Positions 50,553 through 61,444 of a DNA stretch of 64,000 nucleotides are shown one piece after another. The number at the start of each line of letters is the position of its first letter. Positions within the stretch are counted from its first letter, which is position 1. The stretch spans positions 1 to 64,000 of the forward strand of contig CAVSHF010000005.1 in assembly GCA_963727805.1 (NCBI GenBank), read 5' to 3'. The notes under the pieces are model-generated. The model was not told the DNA's origin, did not search any database, and was given only the letters and a program-made list of their open reading frames with translations. The stretch is from an uncultured Nitrospiraceae bacterium (GTDB taxonomy: Bacteria; Nitrospirota; Thermodesulfovibrionia; Thermodesulfovibrionales; Dissulfurispiraceae). The position numbers were made by a program, and so were the translations under genes.

Positions 50553-52144
50553 GATATGTATTAAACCTGTCAAGTGCTGATGATCAGCGTCTTTGTTTTT
50601 TTGTTATAACCTCCTTTTTGGATCATACATTTGGGTCAGGACAGCAGCGATAAACGACGGTAGATCACTCTGATATGCGCGGGTTGGATACCGCATGACT
50701 TGTCTTCGTCGTGGAGCTGCCTGTGTCTAGAGTCGAGGGTCAGCCTTTAAGAAGGCGCCTCTTAGATTTCCCGAGGGTTCTCCCAACCGGCTGCTATCCT
50801 GGCCAAAATGCACACCCGTCGAATCAATGTCCACAGTTGTCTAAGTTTAGAAGAACACATTTATGATTACGAAGCCACTAGGGGCAACAACTTTCTTCTA
50901 CTGTGCATGTTTGCATGTTATGCAACTTTCACCGCAGCACTATTGTTCTTTCCCATAACCTCGCGACCAATAGCCCAAATAAACCCTGCCAACTCCCTTG
51001 CCACTGCAGTGCATGCCTGCACCTTTAGTTTTCCCTTTTGTGTCAGATGCCAGTATCGGCCGCACAAACGTTTTTGCGCTTTCCACGCAATTGCCTGTAC
51101 CGCCTCACTTGCCTTTTCGGCCCTCCGTTGAAGATGAGCTGTTTTCCTAGCAGCAAAACGATAGCTCCAAGAAGCCTCTACAAGTAACCTGCGAACATGT
51201 CCATTGCCTGTTTTGGTAATGCCTCCTCTTTTTTGACGATTACCGCTTGAATCCTCGCTCGGTACTAATCCAAGATAAGCCATTAATTGTCGAGGACTTT
51301 CAAAACGGTTTATATCTCCAATCTCTGATACAATCGTCATCGCCGTTACAAGCTTAACTCCCCGTAATGCCATCAATGCTTCCACCACAGCTCCCAACGA
51401 CCATCCCGCAAGCGCTTTGATCATCTGTTCTTCCAGCGATACCACGCGTCCCTGAAGGTGTTTAACTGCATCTATATACTCTTGAAAGACGATCTGCTGG
51501 ATAGGACTTTCAAAGCTGATCTTTTCAAGCCAGCGGAAATGTGCTTGTGTCCATTTATTTTCGCCGGAGTAGATTCTTTTATTTCGCAACAAAAAGCCGT
51601 TCAATCGTTGCCGGGCACGCCGTTCCATGCTCTTCATATCTTCACGAATTCGTGTGAGGTCTCTAATCGCCTCTTGTTGCTGATCAGGAACCCACACCGC
51701 TGTCAGTTCATTTGCTCTAAGTAAACGCACCAGTGTCACAGCATCGCGCCGATCTGTCTTCACTCGATCTCCGGCTTTCTTCGGTATTAATGAAGGGGCT
51801 ATAACATCGCATCGATGCCCCATGTCCGTTATTTGCCGATATACTCCGTATCCGCACGGTCCAGCCTCATAACAAAAAACAGCCCGACTTCCAGATGGCA
51901 CTACCTTTTTTACCAGCTTCGTTATAGCCTCGGCTGTATTGGCAATCTCCCCATAGTATCGGGGCACTCCATGCTTCCCTGCCGTTGCTACTGCTATCTT
52001 TTCCATGTGTACGTCCATGCCGATAAATGTGCTAAAATTCTTCATAACCTGTCCTCCTTAATTGTGGCTCTGAGCCTTTGGTTTCGTTACCTTAAAGCTT
52101 AACCCACGTCCTTTAAGGTTGGACAGGTTTAATACATTATGTCT
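50553..52144 (-). mobile_element. IS1111-type IS110 element
   Basis: 16-bp sub-terminal IR ATGTATTAAACCTGTC located 7 and 3 nt from the ends; TCT core; long downstream non-coding region. Confidence 0.9.
50918..52045 (-). CDS. IS110 family transposase
   Basis: IGMDVH, YEAGPCG, KTDRRDA, YLGLVPSEDSSG. Confidence 0.95.
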   Translation of the reverse strand: MKNFSTFIGMDVHMEKIAVATAGKHGVPRYYGEIANTAEAITKLVKKVVPSGSRAVFCYEAGPCGYGVYRQITDMGHRCDVIAPSLIPKKAGDRVKTDRRDAVTLVRLLRANELTAVWVPDQQQEAIRDLTRIREDMKSMERRARQRLNGFLLRNKRIYSGENKWTQAHFRWLEKISFESPIQQIVFQEYIDAVKHLQGRVVSLEEQMIKALAGWSLGAVVEALMALRGVKLVTAMTIVSEIGDINRFESPRQLMAYLGLVPSEDSSGNRQKRGGITKTGNGHVRRLLVEASWSYRFAARKTAHLQRRAEKASEAVQAIAWKAQKRLCGRYWHLTQKGKLKVQACTAVARELAGFIWAIGREVMGKNNSAAVKVA

Positions 52145-52590
52145 AGACTGAAGCTCTTCTCCTGAAAATATAGCCGACACTTGGATCGCCTATCCGCAGC
52201 AGTTGGCAGCAGTTGAAGGTCAGCACGAATGCGTGAGGGCTGAGGGCCATCTACTTGACCCGTTTCCAGACGCTGTAGTTGGTTCCGCCAATGGTTGTGG
52301 TGGGGTTAGTTCTCTTCAGTTCGTCTCCGATGACGGTAATGATCCGCGTCTGATCTTTACCATCCCAGTTGGGGAACGTACACCCGTCGATGTGTAGAAT
52401 TACCGTGTGCTCCTTCTCGCTCGCCACCGCGTACGTGCCGAAAAAGACAAAGGACCCTTGGACAACAGCTTGGTTCTCCTCGACGGTTCCTTTCATGCGG
52501 TTGTTGGCAGCGAATTGCGGGAGGTTCGCTCGCATGATAATGTTTGCGAAGCGGCCATCGGGCGTAAAGATCATGGAGCCTTTCGGATTA

Positions 52591-53695
52591 TTAACTCGGC
52601 AACTAAACAGGTCAATAGAATGTTAAGATATAAGCATGGAAAAGACCGATGCGCGAAAATTAAGTCAGGATGCACAGTATCAGATTCGGCGACAGGTAGT
52701 GAAGTTACGTCAGCGTGATATGTCATACGCCGAGATAGCCAACGTGGTAGGAGTTGCTTTATCTTATGCCTGTCGAGTCTACAAGCGATATGAGCGTGAG
52801 GGGCTGCAGGGGATATCCAAGGGACAGCGAGGTCGCAGGACAGGGCAGCAGAGGACACTTGGCACAGAGCAAGAGGCGGCAGTTAAGAAGACGATACAGG
52901 ATAGGACGCCCGATCAGCTGAAGATGCCTTTTGCCCTGTGGACCCGTCAGGCGGTACAGGAGCTAATCAAGCGTGAGCACGGCATAACAATGCCAATCCG
53001 GACGGTTGGGGAATATCTTATGCGGTGGGGTTTTACGCCGCAGAAGCCAATCCGTAAGGCATATGAGCAGAGACCAGAGTGCGTTCAGAAGTGGCTTAAG
53101 GAGCAGTATCCCGAGATAACCAAGCGCGCAAAGGATGAAGGCGCTGAAATCAGCTGGTGTGATGAGACCGGACTGCGTAATGACGAAAACAGGGCCAAGG
53201 GGTATGCGCCAAAAGGGAAAACACCTACCATCCGGCTCAATGTGAATCGGACGAGTATGAGTATGGTTTCGGCAATTACGAATCAGGGTAAGGTGCGGTT
53301 CATGATATATAAAGATGCAATGAATGCAGATCTGATGATCCAATTCATGGAGAGACTGGTTCGGGATGCGGGACGAAAAGTGTTCTTGATAGTGGATAAC
53401 CTGAAAACTCATCACAGCAAGGTCGTCAAGCAATGGCTTCAGGAGCACACAGAGCAGATCGAGGTTTTCTACTTGCCTTCCTACTCACCGGAACTGAACC
53501 CTGACGAATATCTGAACTGTGACCTCAAATACGCTGTGCATTCAGGCTTGCCGGCACGCAACAACAAAGAATTGAAACGGAAGATGGTCTCACATATGAG
53601 AAAACTTCAAAAACTGCCCGGCCGCGTTAGAAAATACTTTGAACATCCGAGGATAAGGTATGCAGCATAGTTTACATATTAAATTGCCGGGTTAA
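52591..53695 (+). mobile_element. IS630 family element
   Basis: TA duplication; IR TTAAC(T/C)CGGCAA. Confidence 0.9.
52636..53670 (+). CDS. IS630 family transposase
   Basis: WCDETG, VDNLKTH, LPSYSPELNPDE. Confidence 0.95.
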   Translation: MEKTDARKLSQDAQYQIRRQVVKLRQRDMSYAEIANVVGVALSYACRVYKRYEREGLQGISKGQRGRRTGQQRTLGTEQEAAVKKTIQDRTPDQLKMPFALWTRQAVQELIKREHGITMPIRTVGEYLMRWGFTPQKPIRKAYEQRPECVQKWLKEQYPEITKRAKDEGAEISWCDETGLRNDENRAKGYAPKGKTPTIRLNVNRTSMSMVSAITNQGKVRFMIYKDAMNADLMIQFMERLVRDAGRKVFLIVDNLKTHHSKVVKQWLQEHTEQIEVFYLPSYSPELNPDEYLNCDLKYAVHSGLPARNNKELKRKMVSHMRKLQKLPGRVRKYFEHPRIRYAA

Positions 53696-54185
53696 TAGGA
53701 CCGAACTGATCGATCTTCTTGCCGTTCTGCTCGTTATACATTGAGACGAGAAGCCAGGTTCCCTGGATCTGCTGTGCCAAACTGGGACCCTTGTCCTGGG
53801 CCCAGACATCAGACGCTCTAGACAGCGCCCCACTAGCAAGAACGGCAACAACCAACAAGACCTTTATCGCTTCCTTAATAGACCAGTTCATTGTGTTTCT
53901 CCTTCACTAAGTTCAGCACAGTCCATTACATTACCTTCCTGTTGCATAAAATATTCTTTGATTGCCTGTCCGCAGCAGTTGAAAGCCAGCAAGAATGTGT
54001 GAGGCATCTTAGTTATACTGTCTTTGTTCCATCACACAATTATACTCCTGGATGAGCGTATCATTTCAAGAACGTTACAACATAGCGAGCTTTCTTCCGG
54101 TAACATTTATCCATCTTCTCTGCTAAAATGGTGAGGAGTACAGACGTTTTTTCTAATATACAGTGACCAGTATAAAAGAGGAGGA

Positions 54186-54464
54186 ATGATGGCTAACTAT
54201 AAAATCAAATGTGAAGCTATCGACATCCGCGGTGAATCCGGAATTTGCCCAGGTTCAGCCAAATGCAAAAAGGGGGAAACTTATATCCTGACAGCTCGAA
54301 CACCTGAAACCATAGGAATGTGCGGGCGAGCATTTGCTGCCATACATCCAATGGCATTTGCCATGCGGTGGTCGGAGAAGATGGAGTGGGAGAAGGGTGA
54401 CCACGTTAATGTCATTTGTCCAGACGGTTTCGTGACATACAGACTCTCGAGAATAAAAGAATAG
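54186..54464 (+). CDS. Small Cys-containing protein (TIGR04076-like)
   Basis: C...GMC.RAF..I.P...CPDG.V.Y.L.R. Confidence 0.65.
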   Translation: MMANYKIKCEAIDIRGESGICPGSAKCKKGETYILTARTPETIGMCGRAFAAIHPMAFAMRWSEKMEWEKGDHVNVICPDGFVTYRLSRIKE

Positions 54465-54500
54465 GCTGACAATTTGATGGCAAGAAATCGCTGCAAATAA

Positions 54501-54560
54501 CTACTTATAATCGCGAATCTGCCCACCACGTCACAGATGCTTTATTACAACCGGAAGTCC
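54501..54560 (+). repeat. Type-A dispersed site
   Basis: CTACTTATAATC-N30-TATTACAACCGGAAGTC. Confidence 0.75.
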
Positions 54561-54639
54561 TCAGTGATTCAGTTCTCGGAGAGGCAAGGGCAGTGTTGCC
54601 TATCCAATTCAGTGCGGCGCCACATACGGGTTAGCTGGT

Positions 54640-55290
54640 CTATTGCCAAGAGTTTACGGCTGCTTCAGTCTGCTTCAGCATATCTTTCATCAGCTCACGC
54701 AGGCTATCAGCCATAGTCACCTTCATTGCTTGTTCGATGAATGTCACCTGCGATCCAGTATACTCCTTATCCGCGTCTGTGACTCCCTTCTCGAACTTCT
54801 GGTCAAGAAGGACTTTACCTTTCTGTTCGAACGTTACATGTAAGGAACTGATTCCCGCAACACGGATAATCAGAAAGCCGACTGACTGGGAACACAATGC
54901 ATGAATTTCCGTCTTCATAATGACATCATCGGGTCCTGTGGGTGTGGTCGAGACCTCCGAGAATAGGTTCGAGGCCTGAAGCTCTTTTGCCAATCTCTGC
55001 TGGATTATCTGTGAGGCATCCGTCCCCCACAAAGGATCAGTTGAACAGCCCATCCATTTCGTACCAGCCACATGCTCACTATAGTGCAGGGAACGCTGAT
55101 CAACTGGGGTTGATATCAAAAGGACATGAGGATAACTTGTCTTGGCTGTATAACCGGTTGGAGTCTCCGGAAACGATAGGGAGGCGCCAGGGACACGCAA
55201 CGCAGAACGGTTACACCCGCAACCGAAAAATACGATGACTATCAAAAAAGCAGAAAAAAAAGAACCAGCGGATTTTGCCTTTGGCGTCAT
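54640..55290 (-). CDS. Hypothetical lipoprotein
   Basis: Hydrophobic signal followed by FGC. Confidence 0.7.
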   Translation of the reverse strand: MTPKAKSAGSFFSAFLIVIVFFGCGCNRSALRVPGASLSFPETPTGYTAKTSYPHVLLISTPVDQRSLHYSEHVAGTKWMGCSTDPLWGTDASQIIQQRLAKELQASNLFSEVSTTPTGPDDVIMKTEIHALCSQSVGFLIIRVAGISSLHVTFEQKGKVLLDQKFEKGVTDADKEYTGSQVTFIEQAMKVTMADSLRELMKDMLKQTEAAVNSWQ

Positions 55291-55374
55291 ATTCTCTCCT
55301 TTCTTGATTCTACGGCTTTCCCCAGGTGGTTCAGTTACTATTTTGCTTAACCGTGGGAAATATTATCAATCAGC

Positions 55375-55444
55375 CTACTTATAACTACTTAAAGTCATCG
55401 CCGCAGCGATACGGTTCAAGGCTCAAGATTTCTTCCCGTAATCA
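55375..55444 (+). repeat. Type-A site with duplicated start (CTACTTATAA-CTACTTAAAGTC)
   Basis: Box 2 GATTTCTTCCCGTAATC at +43 from 55385. Confidence 0.85.
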
Positions 55445-55547
55445 AGAGGTATGCCTTTCCCAGTGAGAATGCGGTATACACCGACTCCCATTTAGAGGAC
55501 ACATGTCAAGTAACAAAACATCTGCGTTCGAAGTTTTTTTGACTTCT

Positions 55548-57003
55548 CTCATTGTTATGAGCTCCGATGATCATTACCATTGCCGTTTTTTCTTTGAGAT
55601 TCGGCTCCAGTATTAACTGTGCCAGACTCCCATCAGGATCAAAGCCACACCCAGAGATCACTCCCCGAAGAGGGCCCCTTCCGCTTCATAGCGGTCCAGA
55701 AAACCTTCGGATCCGTGCCGGGTCCATTTCGAATTTGCTATTCTTATGGTTTTGATTCACCAGTCCTATAGGGCTCCCGGCCCAGCCAGTAAGGATACCG
55801 GTAACTCTTATGTTGCTGGGTGAGACAGTGTTCCAATCTAACCGTTGGTTTAGTTCCAGTCGGTGTACAGGTTAGCTGCTTCACCCAGTTCTTCATGCAA
55901 ATGCTTTATCAGTCATAAACGGAACTCCATCCCTCATAATGTAATACGCCGCCCTCGCCAGTTTATGTGACAGTGCACTGTGCGCAATCGGTGCGTTTGT
56001 CCTCCTCAGCTTCCGGTCATAATAAGCCCTTGCTTCAGAGTCAAAGCGCCGTGATAGCTCTCCTGCCTCGGCAAATGCCCAGGACAGATACTTGTTGCCG
56101 TTCTTCCTGTTATTTGTCCCTTTCTTTTTGTCATTGCTGAATCTAGCGGCGGGGACCTTCCGGCAGTACGACACATAGTTGCCAACATCTGCAAAGCGAT
56201 CAATAGGACCCGTCTCCATCATAATCGTCAACGCCAGGACCCTTCCAACTCCCGGCATAGTTAAAAGAAGATTATATGGCCGCTTGAGATCTATCTTTTT
56301 TTCTACGGCCACTTCTATTGCTGTGATCTGCCTTCTCAGTGAGTCAATCGCATCTTTACTTACCTTACCGACAAGGGATAGATCATCGTCACCTGCCAAT
56401 AGTGGTGTCACCCGATCCTTCTTCAATGCCTTTATATCATTTGTCTTCATCTTTGCACCTATGTTCCTGGCAACGATGTTTTGAAGGCTCAAGATGAGTG
56501 ATGTCCTCAACCTCACCAGATGCCCGCGCTTCCTCAGAAGATCTCTCAGAGGTCTTTGCTCCTTTGGATAAATGAATCCCTCAGGCAGTATCTTTAGTCT
56601 CAGCATCTCGGCAAGCCAGAACGCATCATCTTCGTCATCTCCATGCTTGAGTCCACAATACTGCTGCACTCTGGAGGGATTCGCCAAGTGGACCCGATAG
56701 CCTTCCCCCATCAGAAGATCTACCAACCAGTACCAATTGTATGTCGATTCCACAACAATCCCTTCAACATCCTTCTTCAACGGTCTGAGCGTCTCTAAAA
56801 TCAGACTCGGATCGTTCCGGAGTTTCTTCTTCCATAGCCTTCGCCCATCCTCATCGATGATCCCCACATATGAATTGTTTGAATGAAGATCAAAACCTGT
56901 GTACAGTCTCATACAGCACCTGCTTAAGGTTAAGATTGTTTCTCTTACCTCAAGCATACCGCTAACCGATATGCTCGGGGAGGTCCCCTCTATATGATTA
57001 TCT
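55548..57003 (-). mobile_element. IS110/IS1111-type element (downstream boundary tentative)
   Basis: Transposase plus ~345-nt downstream non-coding region; removal at TCT gives GACTTCTACTCTACAC. Confidence 0.65.
55893..56912 (-). CDS. IS110 family transposase
   Basis: GFDLHS, VVESTYNWYW, K..D..DA, SYCR.VP...S. Confidence 0.92.
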   Translation of the reverse strand: MRLYTGFDLHSNNSYVGIIDEDGRRLWKKKLRNDPSLILETLRPLKKDVEGIVVESTYNWYWLVDLLMGEGYRVHLANPSRVQQYCGLKHGDDEDDAFWLAEMLRLKILPEGFIYPKEQRPLRDLLRKRGHLVRLRTSLILSLQNIVARNIGAKMKTNDIKALKKDRVTPLLAGDDDLSLVGKVSKDAIDSLRRQITAIEVAVEKKIDLKRPYNLLLTMPGVGRVLALTIMMETGPIDRFADVGNYVSYCRKVPAARFSNDKKKGTNNRKNGNKYLSWAFAEAGELSRRFDSEARAYYDRKLRRTNAPIAHSALSHKLARAAYYIMRDGVPFMTDKAFA

Positions 57004-57253
57004 ACTCTACACTGCGGATATTTTGCCACAGTAACAGTTACCGTTTGTAACCCTCGCACCAAGACCACAATTCAAAATGCGGTGTTCATGTCGTAAATCT
57101 CACCGAAGTAGATCAGCAGAGCCAGGTTAACGCCCCCACTTCAAGCAGTCAATAAGCACAATAAACCTGTGATTGCTAACGGTAGTAGGACATTTCCTCG
57201 GGGTCACCGTGGGAATGTTTCACTGTCAATCGCCATTTCTGCTACTATCTACT

Positions 57254-58162
57254 ATGTCACATGCAAACAGTTCCTTAAGAGCGATTATCTATGCCTTGGC
57301 GGCAAATTTAGGAATTGCGGCGGCGAAAGGGCTTGCCGCATGGTATACGGGGTCAAGTGCCATGCTCGCGGAAGCCATTCATTCAGCAGCTGACTCTGCC
57401 AATGAGATTCTCTTGCTGCTTGGCCTCAGAGAGGCGCGGCGGCCGGTCTCCGATGAGCATCCACTGGGGCATGGAAAGGCGATCTATTTCTGGTCAGTCA
57501 TTGTCGCGATCATGCTTTTTAGCATGGGCGGTATCTTCGCAGTGTCCGAAGGCCTGCACAAGCTGCACTATCCAAAGATGCCTCAGTCGCCGTGGGTCGC
57601 GATGGTGGTGCTGGTTGTTTCGATGCTGCTGGAGATCAGTTCTCTGCGTGGGGCCCTTGCAGAGGTTAGGAAGGTACAGGGCAAGCTTTCTTTAACAAAA
57701 TGGTTCAGGGTGAGCAGGCAAAGCGAGCTTATTGTTGTGGTTGGCGAAGACATTGCGGCTCTCGTGGGACTCTCCCTTGCTATGGTAGCTGTTCTCACGA
57801 CGATTTTGACAGCAAACCCACTCTTTGACGCGCTGGGCACTATCGCGATCGGTCTGGTCCTCGTGCTTGTCGCCGTTGCCGTCGGCATAGAAGTGAAGAG
57901 TCTACTGATCGGTGAGAGTGCAGACCCGGAAATGAAGGCCTCTCTACTGGATTTCCTTTCAGGTCGGCCGGAGGTCGACCATGTCTACAATCTCATTACT
58001 CTCCAACTTGGCAGCGAACTCATGATCGCAGTTAAGGTGAGAATGCATGAAGACGCAAGTGCCGCCAGACTGATTGCAGATATCAACAACGTTGAGGCTG
58101 CAATAAAGGAGAGATTTCCCATGGTGCGCTGGATTTTTTTTGAACCTGATGTAACCGATTAG
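57254..58162 (+). CDS. Cation diffusion facilitator transporter
   Basis: AEAIHSAAD, HPLGHGK, EDIAA, FFEPD. Confidence 0.9.
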   Translation: MSHANSSLRAIIYALAANLGIAAAKGLAAWYTGSSAMLAEAIHSAADSANEILLLLGLREARRPVSDEHPLGHGKAIYFWSVIVAIMLFSMGGIFAVSEGLHKLHYPKMPQSPWVAMVVLVVSMLLEISSLRGALAEVRKVQGKLSLTKWFRVSRQSELIVVVGEDIAALVGLSLAMVAVLTTILTANPLFDALGTIAIGLVLVLVAVAVGIEVKSLLIGESADPEMKASLLDFLSGRPEVDHVYNLITLQLGSELMIAVKVRMHEDASAARLIADINNVEAAIKERFPMVRWIFFEPDVTD

Positions 58163-58369
58163 GCCTGCTCAATATCCTAAACTCTCCCCCGGTGAGGCCG
58201 TAATAGTGTCTTGCCTCATGAAGTATGCTTGTGCATATCTTCTTATGCAATTTCTCTTCTTGCCGCCCCCCCACTGCCCGCGAAGATGAACCCAAATGTC
58301 GAACCGCAAACTTGATAAGTAGTAGACGAAGTCTTGCGGGATTAAACCTCGCTGAGACCTGTAGCTTTC

Positions 58370-58490
58370 ACCAACAAGTTTCGATTTTCAAATTTCTTGC
58401 GGTTTGATGATTACCCTTCGTACCCTCCCTCACCGCCGATAATTTGACGAACGGGGGTGCATGTCGTAACCATCGCGGAGGCCATATCAC
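58370..58490 (-). repeat. Inverted copy of the 8960-9078 repeat
   Basis: Direct by-eye alignment. Confidence 0.75.
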
Positions 58491-58862
58491 GGTTGCCGAT
58501 GTGGTTCTAATAAAATTTTCAGATTTCCGAGTACCACACATTTGATGATTTGCGGAATCAATCATCGTATCGAATGCTGCGACGAAGTTTACAAGAAAAA
58601 CCTATCGTTTTTCCGAAATGTAGAACTCGATAAAGAAAGCTGTTTGCATGGGAGATATTCGTGTCCATAAAAGAAGTGTTTTATGAACAGTTCCCTTACG
58701 AAAAATATCTTCTTGATTAGGCATTAAAAAAGTAAATCGATATTCTATAGATATGTAAGTAATGCCTTCAATGGCTATTGGCGGTTACAGAACTTTCAAC
58801 TAAAGTTCTGTAACTGATTAATAACTGGTGTGATTACACATAGACAATGAAAGGAGATCAAT

Positions 58863-59582
58863 ATGGCTGGAATACCTGATTCGACTGTAAAGACAATAGT
58901 TCTCGTCCACGGCGGCTTTGTGGATGGCTCCGGTTGAGAAGCAGTCTATAAAATCCTCAGGAAAGACGGCTACACCGTCAGCATAGTTCAGAATCCAACG
59001 ATATCACTCGCGGATGATGTTGCCGTAACCAAGCGCGTTCTAGCGACGCATAGCGGTCCCGTGATTCTCGTTGGCCACTCCTACGGAGGAGCGGTAATCA
59101 CAGAAGCCGGCAACGATCCAAAGGTCGCTGGGCTTGTTTATATCACCGCCTTTGCTTTGGATAACGGTGAGTCGGTATCGTCGCTTATTAAGGACCCGCC
59201 GCCGGGCGCTCCTGTGCCGCCGATACTGCCACCGCAGGACGGCTATCTGTTCCTCGACAAGGAGAAGTTCCCTTCCTCATTCGCTGCCGACGTAGATGCG
59301 GAAAAGGCCGCGTTCATGGCTGACTCTCAAGTTCCATGGAGCGTCGAAGCACTCAGTGGCACGATCAGTGAGGCGGCTTGGAGAACCAAGCCGAGTTGGT
59401 ATTTGGTCGCCACCGAAGACAAGATGATCCCACCGCCGGCCCAGCGTTTTATGTCTAAGCGCGCGGGTTCGACGGTCGTCGAGGTTCCGGGCAGCCACGC
59501 GATCTATATGTCGCAACCAAACGCCGTTGCAATGCTGATTGAAAGTGCCTCTAAAGAAGCGAACAAAAAAGCTGGTTCCTAG
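58863..59582 (+). pseudogene. alpha/beta hydrolase with nonsense mutation
   Basis: LVHGGFVDGSG*EAVY: TGA at 58935 where Trp is typical; GHSYGG motif. Confidence 0.8.
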
Positions 59583-59870
59583 TATTTAGCAAGTTGATGC
59601 ATGGATTACAAATGCAGTGGAAATTAACCACTTAGAATTGAAGTTCAACGCCTACCAACGTGGAGTTATAATCTCCTCGCAATCAAGAGCGGCACCCTTT
59701 TCTGGAAAATGTGGGCTCCACCGACGAGTCTTGAATTTTACTTTCACCAGGCAGAATGATTTTCAGTTGTACTGTAGCTCACCGACAGAAAATTGACGTT
59801 ACGTATAGCATGTCGAAATCATCGATAGTAAATAATCGCCCACCATAGAGACTTCTACTCCTACACATCA

Positions 59871-61292
59871 AATATGGTATAACCAGAGTATGGACGGTTG
59901 TTAACCGTTCATAAGGGGCAGGAGGACGTGGTTTCCTACAGGGTCAAGAATCCTTTAATAAGTCAGTCCCCTGTCTCCCAAAGCCATGATAAATTGATAG
60001 GGCTACGAGCTCTTGTAAAGATGGAGATATGGTTGGGAGGCATTCCTGCCTAAGGTCCTATGCGGGAGGTGGTTGGAAATGAGCAAAGCATTCGTTGGCA
60101 TCGATGTGTCAAAAGAGCACTCGACTGCCCAAAGCATCGACAGTGACGAAAAGAAGCTTTTTTATTTAAGGTTCTCAATGGACTCAGCGGGGTTCGCAGA
60201 GCTTCGGACTGCTATTAAAGGATGCGGGGTGAACCCGGAGGATATTGTAGTGGCGATGGAGTCCACCGGCTGTTATCATATCAATCTCTTTTCCTTTCTA
60301 TGTGCGGAGGGACTTCGTTGTGCGGTAGTAAATCCGCTTCTGATATCCAAATTTGTTCAGGGATCATTGAGAAAGACCAAGACAGATAAGAAGGATGCGA
60401 TGACCATAGCGCAGTTTCTTCTGAACAATGAGAAGAAGCTGTGCGTGGTAACGTCATCCCAAGATGCGCAGGATCTGAGGGATCTGGCCAGGGAACGAGA
60501 GTCTCAGTCATGGATGATTGCATCACTTAAGAATGACCTCAAACGGCTGCTGCAGAGCACCTTCCCCGAGCTTGAGACACTCCGCAAGAATATTTACACT
60601 GAGACGATGCTGAACTTTGTTCGACAGTATCCATCGGCCAGATTAATCCGGGAGGCAAAGAGGAAAGATATCGACAAAGCACTCATCTGCCCCGGGGAGA
60701 AGCGCAAAAGAGTCCAGATTAGCGCCGACGATCTTATTGAGGCGGCAAAGCGTTCGGTGGGCTCAGCTGCTACAGCGAAGGAGCTTATCGTCTCTGAGAA
60801 GGCAACCACGATCCTGTATCTTCAGGAAAAGTGTGAGAAGATTACCGAGGCATTGGTGGATGCGTGTGAGGCAACACGGATCGAAGATCTTGAGATAATG
60901 AAGACGCTCGACGGGGTGAAAAACATCCTTGGCAGCAGCTTTCTAGCGGAGATGGGAGAGTTGTCCAACTTTAAATCATATAAGAGCTTGATAGCATACA
61001 TGGGGTTCGATCCATCGACTCATCAATCGGGGAAGCATGTGGGGCCAAGCAAAATATCCAAACGAGGGAATCGTCATATGAGGCGCATCACCCATATAAT
61101 GACACTCGGTTCAATAAAATCTGACAATATATTCAGAGAATATTATCTCAGAAGGATAGCCGAAGGATTGCCTAAGATGAAGGCATTAATGGCGACTTCT
61201 CACAAGCTAATAAGAGTGATCTTCTCTATGCTTACACATAGGATGCCGTTTAAAAAGGAGGTGGCTGCTGTATAGTTGACTTATTATCAACA
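59871..61292 (+). mobile_element. IS110-group element inserted at a CA core in a type-A site (site starts at 59855)
   Basis: Removal restores CTACTCCTACACAT-CA-CCGCAGGGATATTGCT, matching the IS1380-free site at 38750. Confidence 0.85.
60079..61275 (+). CDS. IS110 family transposase
   Basis: VGIDVSK, MESTG, KTDKKDA, YMGFDP..HQSG. Confidence 0.93.
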   Translation: MSKAFVGIDVSKEHSTAQSIDSDEKKLFYLRFSMDSAGFAELRTAIKGCGVNPEDIVVAMESTGCYHINLFSFLCAEGLRCAVVNPLLISKFVQGSLRKTKTDKKDAMTIAQFLLNNEKKLCVVTSSQDAQDLRDLARERESQSWMIASLKNDLKRLLQSTFPELETLRKNIYTETMLNFVRQYPSARLIREAKRKDIDKALICPGEKRKRVQISADDLIEAAKRSVGSAATAKELIVSEKATTILYLQEKCEKITEALVDACEATRIEDLEIMKTLDGVKNILGSSFLAEMGELSNFKSYKSLIAYMGFDPSTHQSGKHVGPSKISKRGNRHMRRITHIMTLGSIKSDNIFREYYLRRIAEGLPKMKALMATSHKLIRVIFSMLTHRMPFKKEVAAV

Positions 61293-61444
61293 CCGCAGGG
61301 ATATTGCTTATTAATCAAGGTTTCTTTCGATAATCAAGACAATTACTGTCTGCGTTATTGGATTGATTTCGGGATTTTATGGTATGTGTAACCGATATCC
61401 CGAAATCGGAAAAGCTTCTTGAGATAAGATTCAGCTCCTCACGC

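Larger units (their letters stand above)
52251..53891 (-). pseudogene. Lipocalin-like exported protein interrupted by IS630
   Basis: GTWLLVS...FGP|NPKGSMIFTPDGRF reads in frame when the IS is removed. Confidence 0.8.

Noticed and set aside
58935..58937. In-frame TGA as selenocysteine
   Set aside because: The position is typically Trp in this hydrolase family (DGSGW), so TGG-to-TGA nonsense is simpler.
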